A DNA stretch of 63,472 nt, counting the filler, from Bigelowiella natans CCMP2755 (Eukaryota > Protista > Cercozoa), in the NCBI GenBank assembly GCA_000320545.1. It is 6 parts of 6 records of this genome, joined end to end, with 100 filler letters (N's around TTAATTAATTAA, not from the genome) between each part and the next. Parts side by side here need not be neighbours in the genome. Positions count along the whole stretch, not along the records: positions 1 to 23,358 come from ADNK01000802.1; 5 more parts are not named here. One strand, written 5' to 3'. The notes below the pieces were generated by a model, which was not told the origin of the DNA, searched no databases, and saw only the letters and a program-made list of their open reading frames with translations. Below are positions 1 to 11,791 of this stretch, one piece after another (positions within the stretch are counted from its first letter, which is position 1; every line of letters starts with the position of its first letter). The translations under genes and the position numbers were made by a program.

Positions 1-99
1 TCCCCCCCCCCCCCTCCCCCACCCCCCTTTCTCTGGAGAGAAGAGGAAAATGAAGAAATAAGCACATATCATAGACAACGGGGAGATCCGTCATCATAC

Positions 100-204
100 C
101 AATGTCTGAGACGATTTGAACATCTTGCAGCGATCTAATGCCCCCAGCGTAAGTTACTGGGATGGGACTTACAGAACCGAGGAAGCTCACCTATATTACG
201 TAAA

Positions 205-250
<46 letters not shown>

Positions 251-477
251 TGGATATCCGTCACCATCGCATCAAAACCATCTTTTTAATCTTCGTACGT
301 CGTACACCATCCTTTACCCCCTTCTCACAATGCGCCTCGCCATGATAGCGCAGCTTCAAACGGGACGGGTGGAGAAGGAGGAGGAGGAGGAGGAGGAGGA
401 GGAGTAGAAGACACAGAGAGAGAAAGTAGTTTCGCATGCACGCAAACAGCAGGGTGGCTGAGAAAGACAAGGAGAGA

Positions 478-515
<38 letters not shown>

Positions 516-580
516 CCAGCTCTGTTTCGATCCCAGAGCGTTTTCCCTCCTACCAATAATCGTGGAAAGAGGAGGAATAT

Positions 581-627
<47 letters not shown>

Positions 628-734
628 GTAGACTGTTTATCGCGCATCGCATAGCATGCCCTCCCCCCCCGCCCTACGAAACCTAAATGATACATGATAC
701 ATATTCACCCAAAGAATAAAAGAGGCGTGCAATA

Positions 735-766
<32 letters not shown>

Positions 767-1208
767 CGATAAGGAGACGATTCACGGTGATCGTGCCCTC
801 TGCTGTTTGCGGCAGCAGTGTGAAGAAGAGATACAAGTCTTAGTTTCCCAAAAATAAAATAAGGAAAAACGAATGCGCGACGACGATCAGGAAACCTTAT
901 CGACGCCGTGGACAAGGAACTCGCTGCAGTACTTCGCGAGCATCATTATGTTCTATTTCATCGATAGTTACACGGCACAAACACGTCAAACATATACAAA
1001 CAAGCAAAGGGCTCTCTCAACTCCTTGTCGCCCCCTCCTCTTTTGACTACGTTCCGAATACAGCTGATAGTACTGCTACTACTACTACTTACTACCACTA
1101 CTACTTACTGCTACTTGCTACTGCTGCTTGCTGCTACCTCCTCGTTAATTTCATAGTTTGTAAACTTTTGCCACCGATCAGTGACGACGTAGAAGCCCTT
1201 CGATGCGC

Positions 1209-1254
<46 letters not shown>

Positions 1255-1657
1255 TATACATATGAGGTCGTGACTACGGTGGCACGGCAAGATGACGACA
1301 AGCATAGCACACACTGCATTTGTGTTCGTACGAATACGCACCCCCCTTCATGAGACGCCTGCAGCTGAGATCTAACACCAAACGCTCCTTTCCCACCGTA
1401 TCGACGAGCTCCTGTGCGCCATTTAACAAAGTCCATCGCGTTCAGGAATTACACAACACGCTTATCTCGGTCCCCCCCCCCCCCCCCCCCCACCCCCTTC
1501 CGGCTCTTATTCCCCGATCGGCGCACGTGCTTATCAAACCTTTAGCTTGTCCAGTTTTATCTCGCCGTTCTTAAACACGTAGGATGTGACTATCACATGG
1601 GAGGCTCCTGGGAGAAGGAGGGCAAGAAGATAGGTATCTATCAGGGGTGACGAAGGG

Positions 1658-1691
<34 letters not shown>

Positions 1692-1797
1692 CAGGTGCCT
1701 TTCTACTCCGTGGTGGGTGGGCTCGATCTACTGCATCATATTGCCGATGATCGATTCTGTACTGACGTTTGCTATGAGTATGTTTGGGCTATCTCTA

Positions 1798-1889
<92 letters not shown>

Positions 1890-2051
1890 TGTGTGTGTTT
1901 ATGCGTAATTGCTTGCGTTCAATCATGCAGCAACAACAACCAGCGTCGAGGTACTTCTGTGCGTTTTCTGGAGTGATCCCACCTACCCAGTTAGATGCAA
2001 ACCAAAAATATCAGAATATAAGGAACACACTCACACAGACGCGCAGACGCG

Positions 2052-2088
<37 letters not shown>

Positions 2089-2829
2089 CACACCACACCA
2101 CACCACACCTTCACACACGCGCGCGGGCATGCACATGCGGACATAGACGGGATTGTTGGATGAAAATGTATATTTGTATATGTTTCGAGCGGCTTCCACT
2201 ACTCCCAGCGGAAAAGACATAACGTCGCACCTCCGACGTGCAATCCTCCAGGATATGCCCGCAGCGCTTCAAGCGCAGCTTCTTCATTTCCAGGGCCGAG
2301 CATGATCACGTGCCCTCTGAAAACACACACAAACAACGCAAATTTGAGTGTCTTCGCGTAAAGATACATACATATATAGATATATAGGTATAGATATAGA
2401 TATCTTATTTATTATATTTATACTTATGCAGTTTTCAAGTCTGTATCTATCTATCACCCCTTCAGTCGGTCCTTCTTGTACATCTGGGCAAAGTATGCGG
2501 CGCCTTTCTTGCTCTCGAAATTGGTCACGGCCTGTATATAGACGAGAAGCGAGGCGAGATCGGTCAAAACGAACGAGCAGTAAGATGCGGATGACTGAAT
2601 TGGTGTTGCTCGATGCTGCCACCTCAGTGCCGCCCTTTTCGTTGTCTTTGAGGGTTGCCCCTACAATTTGAGTCACTTTCCCGCCTCCTAACATCAGAAA
2701 TAATCCATTAATTTGGCTGATCGTCTATGATATGGCTGCCTCCCCTCCCCCCCCCTCCCACTCACTTAGGTCGATGCAAGGCCTAAACTGGACACGGCGC
2801 AGTTTGCTGTCCTCCCTTCCCTGCATCAT
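100..2829 (-). CDS. HIS6: ProFAR isomerase, eukaryote-type HisA (HIS6/HISN3). Multi-exon; the 3' end runs off the window start.
   Basis: Hand-spliced GT-AG exons read VQFRPCIDL|RGGKVTQIVGATL|AVTNFESKKGAAYFAQMYKKDRLK|GHVIMLGPGNEEAALEALRAYPGGLHVG|GITPENAQKYLDAG|ASHVIVTSYVF|ELVDTVGKERLVLDLSCRR|FYVVTDRWQKFT|LAKYCSEFLVHGVDK|EGKRSGIETEL|VSFLGSVSPIPVTYAGGIRSLQD. All are diagnostic HIS6 motifs. The start ATG at 2829 is tentative. Confidence 0.93.
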
Positions 2830-3330
2830 CTTCAATGCTGCTTCCTCCTGCCCGTCTTCTGGCGAACCCCGCGGGAGAGCTTCGTCCGTCTCGGAGGGGG
2901 TGGTCGGGATTTGGTGAAGAGCTCACCGTTCTGCTACGAACGACAAAGGTGTACCACGACTACAAAGAGAGCGACAAGGAGTTTCGCAAGATTTAGGAGG
3001 AAAACGGCATTACATCGACGTGTTGCGACAGCGAACACACGGGGTGGTAGGGTTCGTTGATTACCAGGGTTCGTTGGATTTCGGGAGGAGGAAGGGCGAT
3101 TTTATTCTGAAATTGGTGATAAGGGAATGTCGCTCTTAGTAATCACTGAGGATAAGAAGCCATCTTATGGGGCGGTAGTGGTACTGTAGGTCCAGATCTC
3201 GATCTTCACCGGGATTTTACCGGGATTCTACCGGGGAAAACGGGCAGAGATCTTCGATCGGAAACGGACCAAAGCCGACCGGAAACAACCGATCGGCTCC
3301 CGTCGCAACAGCAGCAGCTCTCTTTCTGTT
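2830..3330. promoter_or_regulatory. Putative bidirectional promoter between HIS6 and the next gene
   Basis: Divergent gene starts about 500 bp apart. The interval is CpG-rich and microsatellite-free, with three tandem ACCGGGATTTT-like 11-mers (3208-3240), AGATCT sites and CCGGAA at 3279. Confidence 0.45.
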
Positions 3331-3667
3331 ATGCCCGTCGCTCTGCTAGCAAGGGCAGCCGGGTTTACCTGTCGGAGAAGAAGGTGTGGATGTAGGGAGA
3401 GGAGGGGGGGTGATAGATATTCCGCAAGCAGCCCCGTAGCCGCTGCGGGTTTGAAATGGAGCTTGGCGGGGTGTTGATGATGAAGGCATGGGGAAGGCTG
3501 TGGTGATTCCTCTTGATGTTGGTTTCAGCACATGGCTGTTTCACCGGCGGGCACTATTCTCTACAGAGTGCACACGTGTTGTGGATGGTGTGCGCTTCAT
3601 CGATGCTGAGGCGTGGTGGGGCAGGTATCTACCCGGGTGTCAACCTTCTAATGAACGCGATACACTG

Positions 3668-3706
<39 letters not shown>

Positions 3707-4154
3707 GTGTTTCGGGGAAACAAAAAGAAAATCTTGTGCATATGTGAACATAGGGCCAGTCACCTTTTTGTTCGTTCGTTCTTCTTCATTCTCCTCCTCC
3801 TCCTCCTCCTCCTCTTCCTCCTCCTCCTCCTCCTCCTCTATATCACGCGAAACATACTGGTAGCATCGACGAGCTGCCCCGTCCGGTCCCAAGCTCTCCG
3901 GTCTCCTCACGAACGCAGGGGTCGGCTTCTGGGAGGATGACGATGCCGAGACAGCGGAAAATGCGACAAAAAATGGACCAGGGAAGGTCACCGAGGGATT
4001 TGATATAGCGGGGAGGGGCTCGTCTGAGACGAATATTGAATCAACAGGCTGTTTGTTAGAGATCCAGTCCTCGCTGTGTCTGCAATCGGAGGAATCCCTA
4101 TTCGGTACCATAAAACGTATACTCCCACGTTTGTTGAGTCCTCTTTCCCTTTCC

Positions 4155-4202
<48 letters not shown>

Positions 4203-4663
4203 ACTTCTTTCTGTCTGTGTTGGGGGTGTGGGGAGGGGGGGGTATGCATGCGATGCGTGATTTGGCTCTAACGAATGTCAAATTCGAAACTTTCTCTTTT
4301 GATGCCCAACCCCAAAATGCGACGACGATGTCCTTCTATTGTTGTTGTAATTTAAGGTTGGGAACTTCAGTTCCGAGAGACTGCGTGGAGCTTGGTATTG
4401 GCCCTGTTGGAAAGGGGTGAGCAGTCGAAAGGAAAAACTAGTAGTGGTTTGTAGAAGAAGAAGAAGAAGTAGTAGTAGAAGTAGTAGTAGCAGGTTGTTG
4501 TAGAAGTAGCAGCAATAAGTTGGAAGAATGGAGCTGAGGCCAACCTGTATGATCTTCAATCTCATCGTATCTCCTACTCTTTGTCAACTAAAGGCCGGTG
4601 GTGCATGTGAAAGACCTTGCCGATGCGTTTCGGGTGAGCAATGCTTAGTAGCGCTTATTCGTC

Positions 4664-4706
<43 letters not shown>

Positions 4707-4881
4707 TTAGTATTTTGCGTAGGATGAGAGGTGAAGTGTAGCCATGTCATATTACCAAGGATGAGTGTTGCATCAGCGGCAAATGGGCCTGGCAGGGTTC
4801 CCCTCTTATCTAAATCCTAAGGGCATCTCAGCCGATCAGATGTGGGATGTGGTGAGCTGAATCTTTGTTTGTCAGCTGCAT

Positions 4882-4928
<47 letters not shown>

Positions 4929-6179
4929 TTATTATATATTTGCTGAAGTGAGTGAGTACACCCACAAATACAGGTAGCAAAACACCGGCATTTCAGTGTG
5001 GCACACGCTGCTTCTGTCTCCTTCGTAATGGCTGGTAAATTGGAAACGTTACCGTGTTGGCATGCAAAGAGGGGGGGGGGCGGGGAGGGGAGAAGGGAGA
5101 GCTTCGCTTATAGACCACATCCCACTGTGCTGCAAATCATTCCTTACACCCCTGGCAACAACGGCACGCACCGCCGGCGGACGTTTCTTTTTCAGGCCAC
5201 TCGTGTGCAGTCGAGAACGAGTTCAACTGCCAACGGTGAGAGAAGGAAGTCCAATTGTGCGTGCTTTTATTTAAAACCAAAAAAAAAAAATGATGGGAGA
5301 AAAGTCGCGGGCAGGCACTCCAAAGCTGTCCCTGCACTATACCCAACCCTCTTTCATTTCCGATCACTCTGAGCTTTCCGGCTGAACATTCTTCTCATTC
5401 GTTGTCTGTGCTACTGCTGAAACGATGACGCTCCTACTACCACTTCCTCCCTGCCGCTATTCCGGTCCCCGAGTAGCGATATCATCCACATAGCGCGGCT
5501 GACTGTGGCAAGGACGGCGGCGCAAGCCAACCCGCCACTCGTCGTCCCCCATCGAGAACTCCTTCCTGCATATAGAAGGGTAATAATGATACGACTGCAT
5601 CTATGCATAGTCGATCAGGGTGGTATACTTCAGTACCAAGTGCTGATAAGAAGCAAAAGCGTTGATTCGATCCCCTCCCCCGCCCTCCCTCTTTTCGCAT
5701 CCGTGCCTCCCCGCCTTCCATTCCGCTCGATGTGGCAGGTGAGAGAATCGACGGCAGGACTGATCGAAGAAATGAAGCAGAGGAAGAGGCCAGAGGAAAG
5801 TGTGTCCGATAGTCTTATTGTTGTCGTTGCTGCTGCTGCTGCTGCTTGGCAGCATCTACGTCTCCTTTCGTTGATTCTCCTCAAAGCGTTTAATAATTAT
5901 GAGCCGCCGCAATGATCTTCATCCCCTCCCCCCTCTCCATACTACGATACAGTGAACGTCGGCGATTGGCAGGAAGCTCGCTTCGCAATGTTTCCGGCTG
6001 CAAAGGCCCACGTTGCTGTGGTCACCGGTTCTCTTCGTAATCTGCAGAAACTGTCAGGGGAAATGTCCTCGGGCGGTAAGGAGATCGAGTATGTTCGCTT
6101 ACTTTCCAAGATGAACGACAGCCTTCACGCGATGCTGCCCGATATGTTTGCGCCATCACCGGACTGCATCAGTCCCTGA
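3331..6179 (+). CDS. Multi-exon hypothetical protein
   Basis: Protein-like segments bounded by AG/GT between microsatellite introns (TWLFHRRALFSTEC..., GVGFWEDDDAETAE..., LGTSVPRDCVELGIG, ARTAAQANPPLVVPHRELL). The terminal exon reads NVGDWQEARFAMFP...PDCISP*. No family recognised, and the exon structure is approximate. Confidence 0.5.
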
Positions 6180-6748
6180 ATACGAATGTGAACACGTTGT
6201 TGGAGTAACCCACAAACACACACACACACACACAGAAATGTGGAGTGAAAGGACGCTTGTACCCATTGTGCCCATGGAAGGCGTGTGTAGCAGCTGCGCA
6301 CTACACGCGCGCGCATAGCCCGCAAGCTAGTACGTACGTGCGTGCATAAGCATGCTGCCTGGAGGGTATGTCTGCCCTCTTGGCCTTCCGCATTTGCGCT
6401 GACACTCGCCACAGACATGCAGCCACGTGCTCTAGCATTTAGGCATCATCATCATCATCATTGAGTGTGATTCAGTTGAAGGGGCCGCCACACCCATTCC
6501 ACACCACCGATTTGTTGTGCCAGTCGGCATATTGTGTTGATCACTTGTTTGTACACAACATTGGAGCATAATATAACAGGACCTACAATTACAGGGTCCC
6601 ATGCTAGCATGTGAGCTACATGCTAGCTAGCAACCAGCATGTTAGCAGCGCACTACTTGCTGTGTGTCGATCCATCAGAACCAGCGTCGCATATAATGCA
6701 TGACGAAATGAGAATGACACAATGATCATCATGGTGCAATGATAACGG

Positions 6749-6882
6749 ACTCATTATAGACATAGTTATATCATATGTGCACACATTACACACATGGTGT
6801 GACGTGTGTCTATACTTATTGTAGACATAGTTATATCATATATGCATTATATACATGGTATAACGTGTCTATTATACTCATT
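6749..6882. repeat. Diverged tandem duplication, unit about 65 bp
   Basis: The unit actcattatagacatagttatatcatat... (6749-6813) repeats at 6814-6875, and a third copy begins at 6876. Confidence 0.85.
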
Positions 6883-7113
6883 CGGACAAATGTAGCAATA
6901 ATGTCAATCATGTGACGCGCATGGCTCCTCGCGCGAACATACTATGCCAGAACAATGCACACATGCATGCGCATGCTTGCGCACATACGTAGCAGACAGA
7001 CAATAATGCGGGATCAAGAGTGGGGCGCCATCTATACACATAGCTCAACTATGCAACACACGCAGTAGTGCGTGCGTGATAGCTACAGCACATCCTAGCA
7101 TACAATTGCGGCT

Positions 7114-9915
7114 CTAATGTTGGTTCAATATGAACTTTGTAGGTCCTGGAATCGACAGGACATCCGGAGCCTCAGCCCAATTGAGTAGTTCTTGCTCGCC
7201 AATGCCGTCGTCGATGGACCTCTGCACGCGCTGGTACGTGTATGAGGAGTTGGGGAGATCCTGATGATGAGTGGATGAGTGAATGAGTGAATGCAGTGGT
7301 GGTAGTCGGCACAGCGTGTGAGTGGACGTTTTGCTACTAAGTTTTCTGGCAAACAAAATGAGTAAGTTTTAGTTTTTTGCTTAGGTGGCTTTAATATCAT
7401 CATTATCATCATCGTCGTCGTCGTCGTCGTCTCCATAAAAATCAACTCGCCTCTATCGCCATTAATTACACAACATACACTCAACCAGCTGGCGTTGTAC
7501 GTCGATCGAGACGCTAGTGTTGCAGAGCTCAATCATCATCATCTTCTTCTTCTTCGTATCATTGTTATTCTATGGCTACTACTACTACTACTACTCACTA
7601 CTACTTCTACTTCTTCTTCTTCTTCTACGACCGACCTTATCGTCCCGCTCCTTCAGGAAGTGCCACTCTCGTGTCTCCGGATTCCACACGCACTCCACGA
7701 TCCTGCCGTCGAGCTGGAGCGCCTCGCTGGGCGTCATGCGTGGCGGAAAGCGTAACGGAGTCGGGATGATCCTAAACTCCTCCTTGGCCTGCTGCTCCTC
7801 CCCTGGCTCTCCGTCGAAGCCCTCATGCGCCGCAGAGTCCACCACTTCTAGCACTGCGCGTTCACTGAGGTCGTACAGGGAGAGTGATGATAATGACCCC
7901 GTCCCCTGCCCCCCGCCCCCTCCCTCTCCCGGCTGCTCCTCTTTCGCCTTGCGGAAGGAGAGGCGGAAATCCATCGAGTTGAGGTGCGGGAACTTCCACT
8001 TGAGAACCGACCCGTCAGTCCCCGGCTCGTACTGAGCGCCCCACGGCTGCACGACCACGCCATCTGATTCGTGGGGGACGGAGGGAATCACCTGCTGCAC
8101 CACCTCCTTCATCGAGCTGAGCTCCCAGTAACGCTTTCGCCGCACCTTCGCCGCCTCGGCGCCGTAGGCGCGTGCGACGCTGCCGTCGGGCCCCCACTGT
8201 GAAGAGGACGACGACGACGACGATGATGATGATGATGGGGAGACCTGGCGCTCCTCCTCCCTACCCCCTTCTTCCCCGATCCGCGCGGGCAGCGTGTAGC
8301 GGGTGCCGTTGGAAGCCAGGAGCTGCTGCTCGACGCGGCGCGGCCAAATGACGTGGTCGAGGATGGCCTGATACCGCGCGTAGAAGGGCAGGTCGGTGAG
8401 GGTCTTCATGTTAAGAGCGATCATGTCGTATATCAGCAGGCGGGGCTGGATGCTTCCATCCGGCTCGCGATCCAGGGTGAGCTCGGCATCGAAGAGCGTG
8501 CCGTGGTGTACTCCGTTGAACTTGGGGAGTTTCCCCGGCGCTGGAGGCCACGCCTCGTCGGTGGAGGATAGCGTCACGCGCCCGCTGTCGCCGGCCTGCT
8601 GCTGCCGTCGCTGCTTCTGATCGCCAAAGTCGGCTCTGGAGAGAAAGTCGTCCTCCTTTGACTCCGCCCCGTCTCCGTCCTCATCCTCGTCAATGTTGTC
8701 GTCCCCCCCGCTGTCGTCCTCTAACACCGGGTACTCCTCCACCACGTTGAAGGAGGGCGGTTGATCCTGCTGTCGCTGCCGTTGCTTATCGAGGCCCCCC
8801 CCGTCGCTGCTAGCTCCATTGTCCATCACCAGCCCCTCCCCCTCCGCCATCTGGCCCTCCACCCCGTATTCGGTGTCGTCGTACCACTTGATCACCTGCG
8901 GGAAGGGCCTGACGACCGTCGGAAAGCGCATGTGGAGGCGCGTCACGCGAAAGCTGCGGTCGATGAGGTAGACCCCGTGCCGCATCGCCAGCGTCAGCGC
9001 ACGAGTTCCGTCGGCCTTCCAAGTGACGCAGTACGGGTACCTCCTGACTAGGTTCTCATTGTCTTTGTAGAGAGAAACTGGCTGCGAGCCGGGGAAGGGT
9101 ATGTCCAGCCCACAGTCCGCGAGGCGACAGGCCAGGGCGCGTATCTTGGAGATAACGTGTGGGTTGTAGATGGGCTCGCCGAGGTGAGCAAGAGGGCTGG
9201 TGAGCCTTTGGAGGTCCGCTCCGTCTCGAATCCCTGGCTGATACGACCTGAACTTGCCGTCCTCTGGTAAAGCCTGGAGATCCGTCGGGGCCTCGTCGAG
9301 GAGGTTGCTCCGAGAGAGCCTCACCTGCCGCCCGTTCTTTAGGTATACTGTCGCGAATGCGAACTCGTCGACTCCGGCGGGCTCATTCGTCGCTGGCCCA
9401 GCTGGCTCTTTCGTCGCGGCCTGTGCCCCATCTGGCGTGGATGCCGGCTTCTGGTCCTTCCCGAAATCGACCTTGGGGAGGAATTCCTCGCCCTTTAGCT
9501 TCTTGGCCCCGCCTTCATATCTTTCGTCGAAATCGTGCCATCTCTTTATCTTCTCCTCGCGCCGCAGCCTCGCGTCCTCTACGCCCTTGAACCCAGCTGC
9601 GCCCTCTCTTCGGCCAGCGTTCTTCGACTCGCCGCCCGCCTCCCCGCGCGCATCTGCCGGAAGCTTTGCAGGAGTGGACCCCTCATCCTTTGGGCGGATC
9701 ATCGACTTAAGAAAGCTTCCAAGCCCTCCCTTGGGAATCTGTTTGAGCTTAGGCTTGGCTGTTACCCCAGAATCAACCCCCAGGCCTGCAGCGGAGCCTG
9801 CATGCCTTGGTGCAAGATTAGTTGTCAAGGAACAAATGGATCCCATTACCATCAACAGGACTATCCCTCCGCCCCTTCCTCCCTGTTTGCGAGCCAGGGG
9901 GGGGTGACGCCGCAT
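7114..9915 (-). CDS. mRNA capping enzyme, guanylyltransferase plus OB domain. No RNA triphosphatase domain; N-terminal signal/transit-like leader.
   Basis: Motifs seen: FPGSQPVSL, motif I VTWKADGTR (KxDG), III TLFDAEL, IIIa LLIYDMI, IV HESDGVV, V VLKWK, IVECVW and VI WHFLKERDDK. One phase-0 GT-AG intron (7635-7261) joins to DLPNSSYTYQRVQRSIDDGI, with the stop at 7114. The first in-frame ATG is at 9915. Confidence 0.93.
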
Positions 9916-10223
9916 CCAAACACGCAGCCCTCGGAAGGTCAGCGGGGCGGCGCCATCCGTCGTTTTGGCTGCTGTCGGCAATGTGAGGAATATTTTAAGC
10001 TGAATGCCATTCCTGGTCGCAAGCACTGTTCATTTCGAAAATAGATATAGACATGAATTTACCCTTGTCGTAAGAAGGTTTTGTGAGCTAATTTGATCCG
10101 TCGATGTAAATCCTGCTTTGTGGGGATTTCTGGTTGTCGCACCCTCTATGCCCCCTGCTGTATATGTGTTCATACGCTCGTATCGGCTCGGGTCGAGAAG
10201 GGGGGAAGAAATTTCCGAAACGT

Positions 10224-10580
10224 TCATCGTCGACCCGGAAGAACAGGATGCTGTAGTTGATGGGAACACACATTCCTTGTTCATTCTATAAGGGAGTAAG
10301 AACTCGTACAGCAACAAAAAAACGTAACAATATCTGTGTTTGACGCTCGACGGCTTGAGTTCTGTTTTTGTTCTGTGACTCGCTTTTCCTCATCGCCGAC
10401 CCGGAAGAACAGGATGCTGTGCTTGATGGGAACATGCATTCCTTGTTTGTTCCATGGGGGAGTAAGAACTCGTGCAGCAACAAGAAAACAAATCCACACG
10501 TGTTCAACGCTCGACGGCTTTGCGGCTCGTCGTCGGGCTTGAGTTCTGTTTTTGTGTTCTGTGACTCGCTTTTTGCCTTC
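10224..10580. repeat. Diverged tandem duplication, unit about 165 bp, upstream of the capping enzyme
   Basis: cgacccggaagaacaggatgctgt...gggagtaagaactcgt...gagttctgtttttg..ctgtgactcgctttt occurs at 10224-10391 and again at 10390-10580. Confidence 0.85.
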
Positions 10581-11399
10581 GCTAGCTTGTTGTCCATGAC
10601 AGACACAGCAACGCATCATGCATGTCATGTTGCACATCCATCATGCCTCGATCGTTGGCTCCTCGAGTGACTCTTCATCTGTTGCAGTTGCTCCCATCCG
10701 AATCAAATTGCATCCGTCTTGCGTGAGAGCACACTGCTGCGCTGTACATGACCACGCAGATCACGTCATAAGTTTGTGTCATGCATCACACATGAACGTG
10801 GGAGTGAGCACGCATGGCTACTAGGGACACTTGTGTGCACCCAGGCTACACCAGTGCACGGGCTAAGGCATTATCATGCAAACGACAAATGAACAGCCTA
10901 GCAATTAAGACAACTCAACTTGCGCAGCATGATGTGGACATGCAACATCATGTGTCTGTGATCACACATGACGTGCACAAACCAACAACATGTTCTACGT
11001 GTGGTGAAAAGAGCGCATGAGTTGCAATGCATGTGCACACATCATCAAATGTGCAACAGCAGTGCCATGCATGTCATAGCTTTCTGCTAGCTTTGTGCAA
11101 CATGCATGACGAGCTACATTGCATTCGAAAAGTTGACGCTGCATGCGCTCTGAAAAGTGATGCGCACACACAGCGCAAGCCGGGCCTGCAGTAGATCGAA
11201 CACATCTCCGTTCAAAACACACAACTTGAACGGGAAATGCTAAATTCCTCCTCTAAGATAGTGGGCAAATGTGCGTTGCTGGCACGTCAACTCTATATCT
11301 CGCTGGATTTTCGTCTCGTATTCTAGAGCCACTAGCTTGTCATCATTTGTAGTCAACTGTATCTCTGCTGTTTCATTCGCCTCACATCCTGCTTCTCAT

Positions 11400-11731
11400 T
11401 CTAACCGCCTTGAGATCACGCATTTTTTGCCTTAAGCCTATTCAAGTATTTTTCAAGTTTTTAGCTGCTTTGTTGCTTTATTGCTTTTGTTGTTGTAGGG
11501 TAAGTATGTATGCCCAAAAAATGCCCGCTTTCAATCGTGACATCATCGTTGTGACCATCATGACATGAATCCCAATCACCTTCTTTTCGTTGAAGGCCCG
11601 CTCGGAGACGGCTCGAGCGCACTCTTGGGGCTCTCCGCCATATATCCACTGGTTGCGAGGCTTTAGCGTGATGAGGATCTCGTCGCACATCTCAGCTTCC
11701 TTTGGCTCCAGACGTCTGCTCGCACACACAA

Positions 11732-11791
<60 letters not shown>

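Noticed and set aside
261-2220. Many ORF-track entries with YIYI, SLSL, CVCV, HTHT or poly-L/S runs, here and throughout the window
   Set aside because: Translations of intronic microsatellites. The real coding exons are short and lie in other frames.
2930-3010. Hydrophobic stretch (LLNLAKLLVALFVVVV) upstream of HIS6 as a possible signal peptide
   Set aside because: I could not establish an in-frame ATG or a convincing splice path to the HIS6 frame.
7114-9915. Possible endogenous giant-virus capping enzyme
   Set aside because: No flanking viral genes, no triphosphatase or methyltransferase fusion, and the motifs look cellular and plant-like.
9254-10044. Plus-strand ORFs of 217 and 169 aa inside the capping gene
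   Set aside because: Antisense shadows expected in GC-rich coding DNA.
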